Source of the DNA: a virus
DNA: 64,000 nucleotides
Reading direction: 5' to 3' (one strand)
Virus record (IMG/VR): IMGVR_UViG_3300032249_000861
Span: 1-64,000 of that record
Notes under the pieces: generated by a model
The model's input: only the letters and a program-made list of their open reading frames with translations
The model's database searches: none
What the model was told of the DNA's origin: nothing
Position numbers and translations under genes: made by a program
In this document: in pieces, positions 45,201 to 60,200 of the stretch
Layout of the letters: every line of letters starts with the position of its first letter
Numbering within the stretch: the first letter of the stretch is position 1

Positions 45201-48200
45201 GAAGGTGGAGTAGCTCAAAGAAAAGTTGGATATATTGATTATGATGTTATAGCTAATGAAGCTAATAAAGATATTGTAGAAAAAGGAATGAAAGAAACAG
45301 GATCTGATGGTCCTAGAATCTATTCAGACTATCTTACCAAATTAGCTGTTAATGCTAGGAAATCTTCTAGTATTCAAAAACTAAGAGCAATCTATGGTGT
45401 TGCTGGTAGTGGTAAAACAACACTAGCTCGCGGTCAAGGAACAGATAATGCTAGACTAAGAAAGACAGAAAGATTTCCAATTCTTAGTCCAGAAGATATT
45501 CAAAAAGCTACTGAAATATTAATCCTAACTAGTAGTGTAAGTCAAACTAAAATGGATGATTTCTTTGGTGATGTTGATAGAGCATATACATTAAGTTCGA
45601 CTACTGATGCAGAAAGAAGCAGAGTAAGGGATCAAAGAGGATCAAGAGATGTTACGGGGATTGGTTTAGAGGGTCGTCAGCCAGGAACTACTATGGGCGT
45701 TTCAGCAGATACTGCTGTTGGAGAGGCTTTATTATCAGATAAACTAGGAGCTAAATCTACAGTATTAGGAAGAAGTGGCTCTGGTAGACTAAGAAGAAAG
45801 AGCGGAAATGAATTAGTAGACATTGTCAAGAAGAGAATTGGTTTTACATGGGGTGGATTTGCCCCAACAACAGCTGGTCATGAATCAATTATGGATGCTG
45901 CTGCTGCTATGGGTATTCCTCCAGAAGACTTTATAGCACTAGTTGGAGCTAACGAAGCCGTAGACGCATCATCTTATCGCACAGCAATATTTGATCAAGA
46001 TTCCAGAGTATTGCTAGCCAAGGCTGGTTTTGGAGCAAAAGGAGCTACTGTACTTCCCAAGCCAAGAGATTTTGAAGTTCCTCAAGGTTTTGATATAACT
46101 CAACAGGGTTCTGATAGAAGACAAGTACTAATTCCCAGCCAAGGTAGTACAGCATTTGTTGCAGATAAAACAGAAGACCAGACAGCAAAATATAGACAAG
46201 CTGGATATGATGTTAAGAACATAGAACGAACCGGTGGTATTAGTGGCACAATGGTTAGAGATTTAATTATAGCTGGAGATATGGCTAAACTTCAATCAGT
46301 ATTGTCTCCTGGCGTATATGATCTTGTCTCGAATAACATAGGAAGAATACAAAATAGAGCTAGTGTTTTACCATCTCTTATAGAACAAGCTCAAAAAGAA
46401 GCACAAGCTGAAATGGGTCAGGTGGATCAACAGATAGAAGCTCTTGGAATCAAGAGAATAGATTCTAAAAAGTTGGAGAGTGACCCAGAATATGCAGCTA
46501 AAGTAGAAGTTCTTAAAGAGTTAAGAGCTAAAAAACAAAAGATCAAATCAGCTGCGGGATTCACCCCATATAAATTATTAGATGCTTTAGCCGAAAAAGA
46601 TCCGCAAAATTATGCATTGGACTTCTCCACATCATCTAACCTGGGTAATGTTCCAGACATGAGGGTCATGGGACAAAACTCACAAGCTTCAATACCAGCT
46701 GGTAGAGTTGCTCAATTAGCTCAAGAAAAAAATAAAAGTATTCAAGACGTTATACTAGAACAGCTAGGCGGATTGGGTGGTCCTGCTGGAGTTAAAAAAA
46801 TACTTGGCATAGGTAGTGGAGATAGAACATTAAGCTCATTATTACAAGCAGGAAATATTAAGGGAGGTAAAGGTCTAGACGAAGCAGCAGACTATGTTAA
46901 CAGAGCTTTAGCCGCTAGGGGTATAAGAGATGCTGCAGAAGCCAAAAGATTAGAGGAGTATCAAGCTAAGGCTCTTCATTTTGGTATTGCTGGTTTATTG
47001 CCAATGGATTACTCAAAAGAATTCGAATGGGATATTGGCGGTACCGATGTTTACGCTACTGCCAGAGGTTTTGGTAGTACGTATTTGGAAGAAGCAAAAC
47101 AAATGCAGAAGGAGTCATCAGAACTAGCTCAAAGATTTGCAGAAAATGTGCAAAATAAAAATATCTTTGGTGGTGGTGAAAAATTGGCTTTTGATTTTGA
47201 CAAAACATTAGTTGAGGATGCAGATATTCTTGATGCTAAGGGCAAGCCAGATATTGCAAAATATTCAAATAGAGAGGCTGTACAAGAAGCTCTCAAAAGT
47301 GCAAGACCAACCAGACTAGCAACTAAATTAAAATCACTCATAGAGCAAGATCCCCCATTTATTAAGAAAACCAGAATACTAACAGCTAGGCCACAAAGCA
47401 CAGCAGACCTTCTTGCACAATCATTACAAAGCTTTGGTCTTCCCTATGCCGAAACAGATATTACTGGAGTTAGTGGTGGCGTTAGTAGCAATATTCCTGC
47501 ATTAAAAGCTGCTAATTTACAGAAAGAAGAGAAACTTATTGATGATAGTTTAGATAATATTATGGCTGTTCGTAAAGCTGGTAAAAAAGGATTTCAATAT
47601 ACTGAACCCAAATCCACAACATCAGAACTAGACGAAAAAATGGGTCAGGGTAATATCGAGGGTGCTATAATAGAAAAAGCTTTGGCTGTTTTGGGTGCTC
47701 CAGTAAGGCCGGATGCTAAACAAAATAGAGCCATAGACTATCCAGACGGTTTAGGTAGTGCATCTCAATTCTTTCCTGGTATTGATCCTGGTATTCCAAC
47801 AGAAGTTAAAAGAACAATTGACGGTAGTAGTTTAGAGAAAGTTAGAGAAGAGATTGGAAGATACATAACAGGAGGAGCCCAAGCTGTTAAATTAGCTAGA
47901 GGTGGAGCCGTTCAAAGCTTTATGGCCGGTGGAGCAGCAACCAAAACCAGAAAAACAAAAGAGCCTTTCGGAACTGGTGAAACAGAATTTCCAACAAGAA
48001 TATCAAAAAAATATGCCGAAGAACAAAAAACTGCTGATGAATTTGCTAAATCTAAATTAGCATGGGATAAGTATCCTAAAGACGAAAGAATAATGGTTGA
48101 CGATACAAAAGTGCAAGAAGCTTATCAGCAACCATTCGATAGAGAAAGATTTGCTTCATCATTCAAAGAAAAAATTAGTCGCGACTCACTATTCCAAAGA

Positions 48201-51200
48201 ATGTCAGATTTTGCTAAGTTTGTAGGACTTCCAGAAGAAGACCTATCAGTAGCATTACCCCTACAATTAGATTTCGGCGCTAGCAAAAGAGGCGGTGGTC
48301 TAGGCATGTTCGCTGCTGCTCAATTTGAAAAAGGAGCAACCGGAATTAGGCCATATGAAGGCTATGATTTATCTAAATTTGGATATGGAGAAAAACAAAA
48401 ACAAGAAGCTTATGGATTAGAGAAGCTTATAACAGCAAAAGAAAAAGAAATAGCAAAGATTAGAAAAACACCAACTGAAACTTATGATGATGGTAGTTTC
48501 TCTTTTGATAGTGAAGCATTCCAGAAAACCAGTATTGAGTTAGATAGCCTTAAAAATAGATTATTTAAACTAAAAGATTTAAAACGTGACGCAGAAAAAG
48601 CGGCACTGTCTGAGCAAAATACTACTTCATCAGCTGCCGGTCGAGGAACTATCAGCTTTGCTTCTTCTATGGGTTACTCTAGCGATACCAAGAACAGCAC
48701 CCTATACCACGAAATGACTCATCAGCTATTTCAAGGACTAAGAACAAAATCAGCAGGGAGTTTTGATAAATATCGAGATAGAGTATCGTCATTATTTTCT
48801 GGAGATAATGATGATTTAGCAGACGCTTTTGACTCCTTAACGGCTGGGGGCGGATATTCTAGTGCTGATGTTGTATATGGTAGAAGCTATAAGTCAAATA
48901 ACTTAAGTCAAATACTTTCGAGCTATTATCGTCAGAATCTTGATTTTTCTAGAAGTGCTGCTACTATTCCCCAAGATACGACAAAAAATCTTGCTAGTTT
49001 AAGTACCCAAAGCACAGCCGCCAAAAGAGCCAGAGAGTATAGACCAATAAATCCTAGAGTTAACGAAGCTTTACTTCAAGCTGGCGATAAGTTTGGAATG
49101 ACTCAAGAGAAGATTGATAGAATGGAAGATAATGGTAAAGAAGAGTTCTTAACAACCTTAATGGAAAAAGCCCCTCAGCTTGATCAAAATTTACAAGGAA
49201 TTTTAGACTCTACTTTAACAGAACTATTGAGTGGAGCTGGAATTCAGAGACAAAAATATGCAGCAGGAAGAAAAGTAGATTACGAATCTGGTGTTGGAGT
49301 ATCACCATTCGGAGGTTCGATATCAAAAAGATTAAGCGAGTCAGTTTATAATCTGCAAAAGGGTACCGGACTAAGTGATCCAGAATTCAATGAGATCAAA
49401 AAGACAGCAGATACATACGGATATAATGAAGAAGAATTTAAAGAATATTTAGCAAAAAGAATACAAGAGAAAAAGAATAAACAGGGACTAAGAGCCAGTC
49501 CATCAGCCTTGGCACAGCAGTTGATGCAACAAAAAACAGTATCAACACCCAAACAGCTAGCATTAGCAGAAACACTAAAGGGTGAGCCAGATGCTGGTTA
49601 TAGACCCATACCAACAGCAGCCGAAAGAATAGCTTCAGATCGAATGGCTGTTCAGAATGCCACAAGAAGATTTGCTAGTGGAGGCACTGTCTCGGCTTTA
49701 GTTAGTAACGGCGAAGCTTATGTTCCGCCAAAAATAGCCAAGAGAATTGGTTATGGTAATCTTAATCGTATGAATCAAGCTGATCGTAACGGGATGAGCA
49801 AGTTCTCTAGCGGTGGTATTAGTGTGTTTAAAGGTCCTGGGACTGGCACTAGTGACAGTATTCCTGCTAATTTACCAGTTGGTAGTTTTATTATTAGAGA
49901 AAAGGCTACGAAGGCTTTAGGTCTTAATAAGGGAGGTGCTGTACCAGCACAAAGATTTGCTACTGGGGGTAGCGTAACAAGCATGATTATGGAATGGTTG
50001 TCATCAGACATGACTGCTGGGACTAAGCCTAAAATGCCTCAAAGACCTGATATTGTTAGTAGGGCTACTGTTACAGCTTCTTCTGATACAACAAAAGAGT
50101 TGGATAATCTAGTTAAATCTCTTAATGCTGTCGGGTTTAGTGCAAAAGAATCTGCAGACATATTGAATAGGGGCGGGCAGGTTAGTTATAAAACTATAGA
50201 AAAAGCTTTGGTTAAAGATATTGAGAGATTAAAAAAATCTACAGCAGGTATAGATCAAATTACTCAAGCAGAAACAACTTTAGCAAGAATTCGTAATCAG
50301 ACAAAAAAAGATGTTGGTAGTAAACAAAAAATGGAGGAAGCTTTCAGAGGATCAGGAAGATCATCCGGCTCTGTGCAGCAAGAAATTTATTCTACAGCCA
50401 TGTCTATGGGCGAACAGAATATAGAAGCAAAAGAAGCTGCGAGAAGAAAGAAAATACCACAAATAGAAAAAAGAGAAAGAAAAAAGCTTATAGAAAGTAA
50501 GCGAGAAGATTTTATTGAGAAAGAATATAAAAATCAAGTAGCTAAAGAACAAAAAACTAAAGGTAGAAAATTAACAAGTACAGAAAAAGATAAAGTTAGA
50601 TCTGATGCAGAGCTTAAGGGAAATACAAAAACTTTTAAATTAACTACAGAAGAAAAAACCAATGTTAAAGCAACAGCACAAGCCAAAACCACATTATCTG
50701 CTGAAGAAAGAACAAAAGAATACAATAAAGCAGCGTTAAGGGCGACAACCTCGGTTACAGGAGCAAGTAAATCAGAATTAGCAGCTAAAAACGTTAAAGG
50801 TTCTGATATCTTAAGATATGCTCAAGAGAGTATGAGAGATCGTAAAACCCTAGCCGAAATGGATAAACAGTTTGTGGCTATGGCAATGGATGAGTATAAA
50901 AATCGTGGCACTGTAAATGGTATAGTTGTTAAGAGTGCGGCTGAAGCTAAAAAAGCTGCTGAAGAGGAGATCTCAAAGAGAAGAGAAGCTATTAATGCGA
51001 GAGCTTCACAGAATGGAGAAAAAGGAGTCGGTGCTGCTGGGTTGAGAGACTATAGAAATAGTCCCATACTTAATCAGATAAAGGGATTTATAAAATCTCC
51101 TGGAAGAGTAATGGGTGGAGTGTCTGTTGCTGCTGGGCTAGCTGCTGGCTCTTCCGATATGATTGCTAAAAATATGTATGATATGAGTACAACAGAGGGC

Positions 51201-54200
51201 CAAGGGAAAGCTGCTAAAACTTCTGCAGCTATTCAGTCTTCTGGTACTATTCTTAGTACTGGATTAGCAGCAGCATCACAGATGGCAACCATACCAGTTA
51301 TTGGTCCTTATGTTGCTGCTCTTACTGCTGTGGGAACAGCTGCTGCAGCTGCTGCTGATTATTTTTATGATTTTACAGGAGCTCAAAAGGCTGCTACTGT
51401 AGAATTCGAAAGATCAGTAAGGGCCAAAGAAATTGGAATTGCTATGGATGGTTTAGATAGAGCATTCCAAAATTTTGAAAAAGACATGGGTAATATTGAT
51501 TTACAAAACGCTTTAGAAAAATCCCTCGGCGGCGCATCCTCTTTGCAAATTAAAGATAATATGGCAGAAAGAGACAATGCTAAAGCAGAGTTCTCTTTAA
51601 AGAATAGAAGTTGGTCGGATATTTTTAGTGGAAACTTCAAAGGTTCCGCCAAGATGGACGCTCTTCAGCAAGGTGCTATGGATAGTGAAATGTCTCAAAA
51701 GATAACACCAATAGCAGATAAGGCTATGTCGTTATATGAGAAACAAATTAGTAGCGGTAAGAGTATACAAGATATTGTTAATAATGTTCGTACAGGAAAT
51801 AAAGAGGCTGGAGCTGCTGGTTTTGCTGTTGCTGCAAGTGTAAATCCCAAGTTGTGGTCAGAGTTAGAAGCCAAGATAGCAAAATCAGGAGATACTTCAG
51901 AGCAGAATAGAGAAAAAATTCAAAAAGAAATAGCTGCTAGAGAATTACTGACCAATGTTCAATTACAGTCAATTGAAAGAATGGCTAAACTAAATAAAGA
52001 GATGGATGCTGCTGATAGAGCTGGTCGCAGATTGGCTGAAACTTTTGAACACATAGGTGAAACTATTGATCAGTCAATTCAGAGAATGCAAAGAGAGTCG
52101 CAAATTCGTCAAGCTCAAGCTAACGACAGAGTAGAAGCTAGAAGAGGAAATGCTGGTTTTGATGAGAGGGCTGTTAATAACAGAAATGTTGGAGTACTAA
52201 CCAGTCCAAAAGCATATCAAAATGATCCTGGGCGCATAGAAGAAGCTATCAGAGCAGGAACTACCGGCATGTCCCCGGAACTTGCTCAAAAAATGGCTGG
52301 TGGAGCTAGATTAGAAGCTACTTTACCTAATGTGATGAGAAATGCAGTATCTTCAGAGCTTAAAACAAATGCCAATTTAGATCTTGCTGAAGCAGCAGAT
52401 GCCGCCAGGAAAAAAGGAACAGAAGCTATTCAAAGGTCTGGATTATCAGAAGCTGACCAAAAAGTTGCTATAGATAAATTAAACACAAAATTAAATAGTG
52501 AACAAGAAAAAGCACAAAAAGAAGGAGGAGATAGTCCAAGACAGAAAGTTGACTTTTTTATTGATTCTGTTAGTGAGCTTGGTCCAGAAATAGCTAATAT
52601 ATTTGGTAATGCTGGTAAGAGACTAGATGATATTATTCAAGCCAGACAAGGAATCTATGATACTTTTGCAAAGAATCTTCAAGCCGCCTCAGAAGCTGCT
52701 AAAAAAGCACGAGAATTTTTCAGTAAAGCAAGAGACATAAGATATAATGCTGGAATGGATTTGAGAGAAGCTCAAACGGGCGTAGGAGAAAGTTATGCTG
52801 AAGCAAAAGCTAAATCTGATAGTAGTATTGCACGATTAACTGGCGGGGTTACCGATCCTCAAGCTATTGGTAGAAATATTGATGCTTTAACGGCTCGTCG
52901 TGATCAGCAAATGAAAGCTAGAGATGCCGCAGCATCTGATCCAAATCTAACTCCAAAACAACAAGAAGATGCGGCCATAAAATTTGCTAAAGATATTCAA
53001 GCTACTAATAATGCTTTAAACGATAATAGAGAAGCACTAGATAAGCTAGCTAATAGTGCTGAAGTAGCACAAAAAGCTTTAGACGAAGTTAAGAACATTA
53101 GAGGACTACAACAAGATAGAGAGAACTTTGTTAATCAATTACTAACAAATACTCCAGCAGAAGCAGACAAACTTAATCAATCATTTATTAGACTTCAGCG
53201 TAACTTGTCTGGTGGGTTAAATAATGCTTCTAATCAAAGAGATGCCCGAAATGCTTTTAATGATACGTTACGTCGTACAGGTAATCTAAGAGAAGCTACT
53301 CGCGCTGGAAATACTGTATTAGCAGATCAAAGAAAACAAACCCTACAGCTGATGCAAGATCCTGGATTTAGGGGTATGATGACCCTTAATATGAAAAATC
53401 AGGGAATGAATGATCAACAGATAGATAAGAAATTCAGAGATCAAGAGAGTATGCTGATGCAGCAGATGGCTGTTGAAAGTGGAATGATCAATAATCCAAT
53501 GGTCAGACAAGCACTAGCCGCAAAACAAGATCCTAATGCTGATCCTGCCATGAAACGTGCTGCTGAACAATTTTTACAGTCAACGGGCTTACAGGCAAAA
53601 GCTACTGAGGAGCAAGGTCGATTAGAATTAGCTAATGTGCAAAGCTTATTAATAACATCTACTGATGATTTAAGAACGTCTATAGATGCTTTAACAACAA
53701 GTATTAATGCTTCGTTAGGTCCAGACGGAGAAAGAGTTCCTGGCGCTGTTGGGCCTATGGTGCCTGTTCCAGCCGGGGCCAGAGGAGCAGGTCCTATTGG
53801 ACGTCCTATTAGACGAGCTACTGGTGGTAAAGTCAATACTCAATATGCTAGTACTGGTAAATTAATAGACTTTTCTCCCAAGGGTACCGACACTGTTCCC
53901 GCCATGTTAACCCCCGGTGAATTTGTTGTTAATGCCAAAGCAACGGCAGACAATTACCCACTGCTAAAAGCTATTAATAATGGAACTAATCTAGTTGGTA
54001 ATACGGCTATGATGAGTAAGGGTGGAGTTGTTTATTTAGATAATGGCGGATTAATAGATGAGTTTAGAAGAATAGATTCTAATAGTTCCAACTTTTTAGA
54101 AGTTGGTGAAATAGATCTTAAAATGATGCAATTATTAGATACAGATAAAGATAATAAAGTTTCATTTAGAGAATATTCTGCAAGAGCAAAGAGCGGTGGT

Positions 54201-57200
54201 AGTGGATCTTCAAGATCTGGTCAAAGATCACCAGTTAATAGTAGTTTTAAAGCCGACAATCTAAGCTTTAAAGCGTATTCTAATGCTAGAGAAGAAAAAT
54301 ACTCAAAAAGATACGAAGGCACCAGAGATCGATTCCCTAGAGAAACAGAGAAATTTTCTAGTGGGGGCTTAGTTACTCCATACTATTTACAGGACGGAAC
54401 AGAAAAACCACTATCTAAAAGACCCTTTATGGTAAAGATGGAGAAACCAGAAGACCCTCTTGAGGCTGCTGAACGCCGTCGTGCCCGTGCTCTTAAAGCG
54501 TCCCATCCAGAGATTACTAGAGTCAGACAACCATCTTTGGTTCCTGGGGATCCTAGAGCATTAAGACACAAAGAAAGCTTCTATAGACTAGATGTTAATA
54601 GTGATGGTGTTCTAGATGCAAAAGAAGGCAGACCACATCCTGAACTTGATAGAGATTTAGATCGAAGAATAACACTAGAAGAATGGGACGGAATCGATCC
54701 TGGTGAATTTGACCCAGATGATTCAAGCCATGTTCTGCGAGACAGTAAAGGCAATCCTTTAACTCCTGGACTTATGGGAAGCCCATTTGAAAAAAGGCAT
54801 CGTTCTTTAATGGCTTCTGTTGCTATGGATGAAGAAAAACTTGCTAAGGGTGAACCTTTAGTGGACTCTAATGGAAAACCCATAGACTTAGCAAGTAAAA
54901 GGAAAGAACTAGCCATATTTAATGCTCAGTCTGGTCTATATAATACTAGTCAATCACTTATAGCAAGACAAAAAAATATTGACGATAGTCTAACCAAACG
55001 ATTAACTGGTGGCGGTTCTCTTCGTAATCCTGATAGTTCTTATGCTGTTACGAGAGAATTTAATAAGATTCGTGATCGGAGATCTGCTTTTGAAGAAGAA
55101 AGAAGAGGTCAAAGAGCCAAAGATGAGAACGCAACAGATGAAGAGATATTTGATCGCACAGTAGAAGCCTATGGGCAGGGAGATTCAGATTATTGGCGTA
55201 GTATGGGCGTTACTGAAGCACCAAACTCTTATGATGAATCTAATACTCTGAATTTTATTCGCTCAGGTGATCGTCTTGCAAGCAGAGGAGATCCTTATGG
55301 AGACAAGGCCAGAGCATATATAGACGGATATATCGCATCACAAGGTGCTAGACAACAGCAGGACAGAGTAGATATTGGCATGGGAAGACCTACCATATCT
55401 CCGGACAAAGCTGTAGTAGGTACTCAAGGTCCAGTAGACGATCTTAATTATTTGATAGACCGAAATGAAGTAGGTAGAGCGGTAAAGTATAAAGCAGAAC
55501 AAGCAAAGACTGAGGAAGAGAATAAGCAGAGAGATGATGCTCAGGTAAAACAAGCAGAAAAACAAGCAAGCTTAGAAAAAAGAGATAAAGAACTAGGCAT
55601 AGACACTAGCGGCATTAATCGAGATATATATGAGAGTGGTGGGGGTTTTTCAAATCAGCCAGGAAGTGGCAGAAAAGTTACAGTAGAAGAACAAACACAA
55701 AGAAAAAGAGAAAGGGCTATAGCAGATAGATTTTCGTTCACAGATAAAACAGGAAAATACTCTACTGCTGGTACTATTGATAAGGTTGATTTTGAAAAAG
55801 GTACAGTTAAAATAGCTAAGATGGATCCGAAAACTGGGGAGCCTATTACCAGAACGGTTCCGGTTTTTGCTGGTGGTGAAACAGAAGAAGCGATTAAGGC
55901 TTCTGGTAGAGATCCCAGAAGATTCAAGGTTGGGGAGAAAGAAGAACAAGTATACACTACTGTACCACTAGATAAGCTTAGTGATAAATCTAGAGATAAA
56001 GTTAGATCTTATGGCTTAGAGAAAGAAGCAGACAAAGCTAAGACTGGTGAAAATTTTACAGTTGGCACTAGTTTTGAAGATTATAAAGGTAAAATATTTA
56101 GAGTAGATGAAAAATCTGAAAAAGTTATTGTTCAAAAGGAAGATGGCAAACTAGTTAGTGTTCCTATGGGAATAATAGATCCCGAAACAAAAAATATAGC
56201 ACTAGATCAAGCCAAGACAGCTACTACAGTTACTGATTTAACACAGAAACAGATGGATGCAGATATCGGTAATATTGATTTCACTTCATCATTACCAGAA
56301 CCTCAGGTTCCATTAATTGAGGACTTTACTGATAGAGCAAATGAAGTTCGTCAAGAGACTATGAACAATGCTGCTTTAGAACAGACAAAGATGGATCAGT
56401 TACCGGTGATGTCTGAACCAGTACCAACTTCAGGTACTATTGATCCTCTTACTGGCAAAGTTGTTGGGAATAATGTTTCTATGGACTTGAATCCAGACGG
56501 AACTCGCACTCCAGAACAATTAAACATATTAAACCAACAAGCTACCAGAGATGCAGACAGACGTAATTCTAACGCAAGATACGAGGAGCTTAGAGCTCGA
56601 TCAAAAGCAGAGTCTTCATATGACAGATCATGGTTTGGAGAAAACTGGCCCAAAGAATGGGGAGGAGTATCAAAGCCCGAAAAAAGATTAACAAGAAAAG
56701 AATTAGAAGAACTTGGGGCTATGGAAAGTGAAAGAGGTGTTCCTGCATTATCAAGATTAGGAGCCAACACAAGAGTAGAACAAACAAGGAGAAATGCTGG
56801 GTTAGACGAAGCACAAATTGAAAGTTTGAGTCAACAAAAAACAGAACAGTTTAAAGCTGAACTTGAGAAAAAAAATGACGCAGAAGGTGGGGTGGCTGTT
56901 GGACTAGCTGCTCAAAGAGCAGTAGTTCCATTATTAGCTGGTGCTACCGCTGTTGCTGCTGCGCCTGCTTTAGTTCCAGCAGGAGTAATTGGTGCTGGAC
57001 TTACCATTGCTGGCGGTGTTGGTTTTAGTTTGGGTGCTAATAAACTACAAGATGTGGCATTAGAAGGTACAGATTTTGACAAGAGGCAAAAAGAATTGGC
57101 AGAAAAAAGGCCAGGAGCAACTGCTGTTGGGTCTTTATTACCAGGATTATTAACGGGCAATCCACTGACTGGTGCAACTACTCTGCGACAAGCACTAGCA

Positions 57201-60200
57201 ACAAGAGCTGCTAGCGGAGCTACTGAAGCAGCACTAGGGGCGGGCATCAGAGGAGCAACTAGTGGTGGAGATTTCGGTACCGTACAAGATGTTGGAATGG
57301 ACTTTATCTCTGGAGCTATTCTTCCGTCTCCTAATTTTGGAGGTAAGGGATCAAAAAACTATAATATTCCAGAAGGTCCAGCAAAACCCAAAACAGAAGC
57401 AGTCGCTTTAAAAGAACTTGCTAAAACAGTTAAGGCTGAACAACGAGCAATCACAGAAGAAAATGTTCTTGATGGTGCTGAAATATTAGCAACAAAAAGA
57501 AAACAAGAAGAAGTTAGAAGAGCAGCACAAGAAAAACAAAGAGTCAGAGATGAAGCAGAAGCAGTGAAAGAATCAGGAAGAGAAAAGGCTGTTTTTGATG
57601 TTTTCACTATTGGAGGAAGATTAAGTGATGATAATATAGCCAGTGCCCTAAAGTCAGCCAAGGAAAAAACTGTAACAGGAACCAAGTTACTAACCGGCAA
57701 AGTTACCGGCAAGCCTAGGGGAGATTTAATAGAGCAGAATCCTACACTAGCTAGTAGACTAGGGGTGTCAACTCCAGGATTAGATGCTGTCAAGAATGGA
57801 CAAAATATAACAGCAAAAGATTTAGTTGCAAAACTAAAAGATGAAGGTTTTAGTGAAGAATATGCTAAGAAGGTCTCAAGAGAGCGTACTCTTAAGATGG
57901 TATCAGATCTTGCTACCGAACGATCAAAAAGAAAAGATGAATCAATACAACAAGTGGCTTCTGAATATAAAGACGCTGTAACTGGTGTTGAAGATCCTAA
58001 TAAGCGAGCCAAAATTAAGGCTAAATTTCAAACCAGACTGCAAAAAGAACTATCGTCTATAGTATCTGACACTAACGACAGAGCAGAAGCATTTGATTCT
58101 GGTATGACGGTTCAAGAACTTAAAAAACAAAGAGCAGCAGAAGCTCAAGCCAAAGATAAAGCAGAGTCTGATAAATTAATACAAGAGTTTGATTCTACTC
58201 TAGGATCAAGTAAGCCAATAACTATTGATAATCCGCCCATCGGAGAACCTCTCGATCTAGGAGTAGACCCACTCGCACCAATAACGTCTGCCAGGGATAA
58301 TGCCGCTACTACGGCAGCTAGTACAAAACCGATATCAACAGAAGAACAGTCTCCGGTTGGAGAAACCACAATTCCTCAGCCTAATAAAGATGCTGCTGAT
58401 ACCGTAACTGCCGGTACAAAACCAGTCGATGCTGCAACAGTAGCAGCAAAAAACCAGACAGTAGTCAAGGCAGCAGAACAAGAAAATACATCTTCGCTAC
58501 AAACATCAGCGATACCGCAGCCCAAACCCTATAATCCTACAGATTATCCTATTATGGATAGTATTATGAGAGGAGGAAAGAACGGCCATTATGGTCCGAT
58601 GGGTACTACTAATATAACAGGTAAACAAAATATTCATGGAATAAGCGGATGGAAAACTAGACTCATACCAAAAGACGACGCGTCTGCAGCAAAAATTAAA
58701 GAATTTTTAGATACTCATCCAGATATAGGGTCATATAAGTTAGCATTAAATGAGGGACCAGTACCAGTATTTAGTGTCTATTTCAAAAAAGGCACCAAAG
58801 ATGAAGCACTATCTTTTGCACAAGCTAGTGAAAAAGGACTAAAAGATAGTTTAGATCCTCGTTTATATCAGGGTGCTGATACTCTGCTAGAAGGGACAAA
58901 TATTTCCGCAAGATTTGATGCTAGAGATCTAAAGAATAAATCAGCATCATCAATTATAGATAGACAACTAGAGAATTCTCCTTTTAGTAGAGGATTTTTA
59001 AAAGCTGAAGAACTGAATCTACAAATACTTCCATCAAATACGGCACCTGGGTCAACGGCTAGCAGAGCAATGCCAAACATTACTGCTGGCACCAGAGGAG
59101 TACCAGATACCGGGTATGTTGATTGGTTAAAAACAAAAAAGTTTTTGGCGAAAGATCCTAAAAAGATAGCTAGTCTAGATGCAGAGATACAAAGAGCTAC
59201 TAACGTAGCAGATGATTGGCTAAAAGAAAATATGTCCGACATCTACAGCGCATCTGCTGAACGAACAGCTAGAGAATCAACAGGCCCACAACAACAAGCA
59301 GTAGTTGAAACAGCAACAAGAGACGCTACGAGCAGGCCAACCAAATCCGGTTTTGTTCGAGATAAATCATTACCGATAAACGAAGTAGACGATCTAGCTT
59401 CTGCCGGATTTGGAGTTATAAGCCCAGACCAAGAAGTAGAAAGTGTTATAAGGGGTGCAAGAGAAAATTTTCTTGGCTCTTTAACTAAACCAGCAGCATT
59501 ATTACAGCCAGAAACATACCAAAAATATGCAGACCAACTATTAGAACTAGAAAAATCAGGAAAAATAAAAATAACCAAAGGCGCTTCATTTGGTACTAGT
59601 GGCCAACCAAGTATATTTGTAGGAAAACCAGAAAATGTAGATATTCTTGCAAAAGCTTTTGAATCTGAAACAGCAAGGACACGAGAAACGAGAGGTTCAA
59701 CATCAAATGAATTTAAAGAAACGGTAGGAAAAGCATTAGGATATAGTAAAGATAGTATAGCCCTACATATATTAGAAAAAGATTGGGATAAAGCAGGATT
59801 AGATATAGACACTATTCAAGATAGATTACAAGTTAGTCGTGGTGCTGCTGCTCGGTATATGGTATCAGAAATTAATAAAGCTAAAGAACAAGCATCAGTT
59901 GAGCAAGGAGTAAAAGAATCAATAAACCCGCCCATCAAAGATCCTATTACTGGAGATGAATTTGAATTAGGACCTGGAGATGATTTTCAATTAGGAGGTC
60001 TTGGAGAAGATCCGTTGGCACCGGCTCCTATAATAAAACCAGAAAATGTATTACCTGAAGCAAGAGCAGAATCAGAAGCTCGTAGAGCCGAAACAGCAAC
60101 CTCACGAACTAAATCTAGTATTGTTGATGAAGATGAGTTTGTTTTAGGAGACATGGAAGATGATAGTACTGTCGTAGCTGTTGAGCCTGACGATGGTTCG

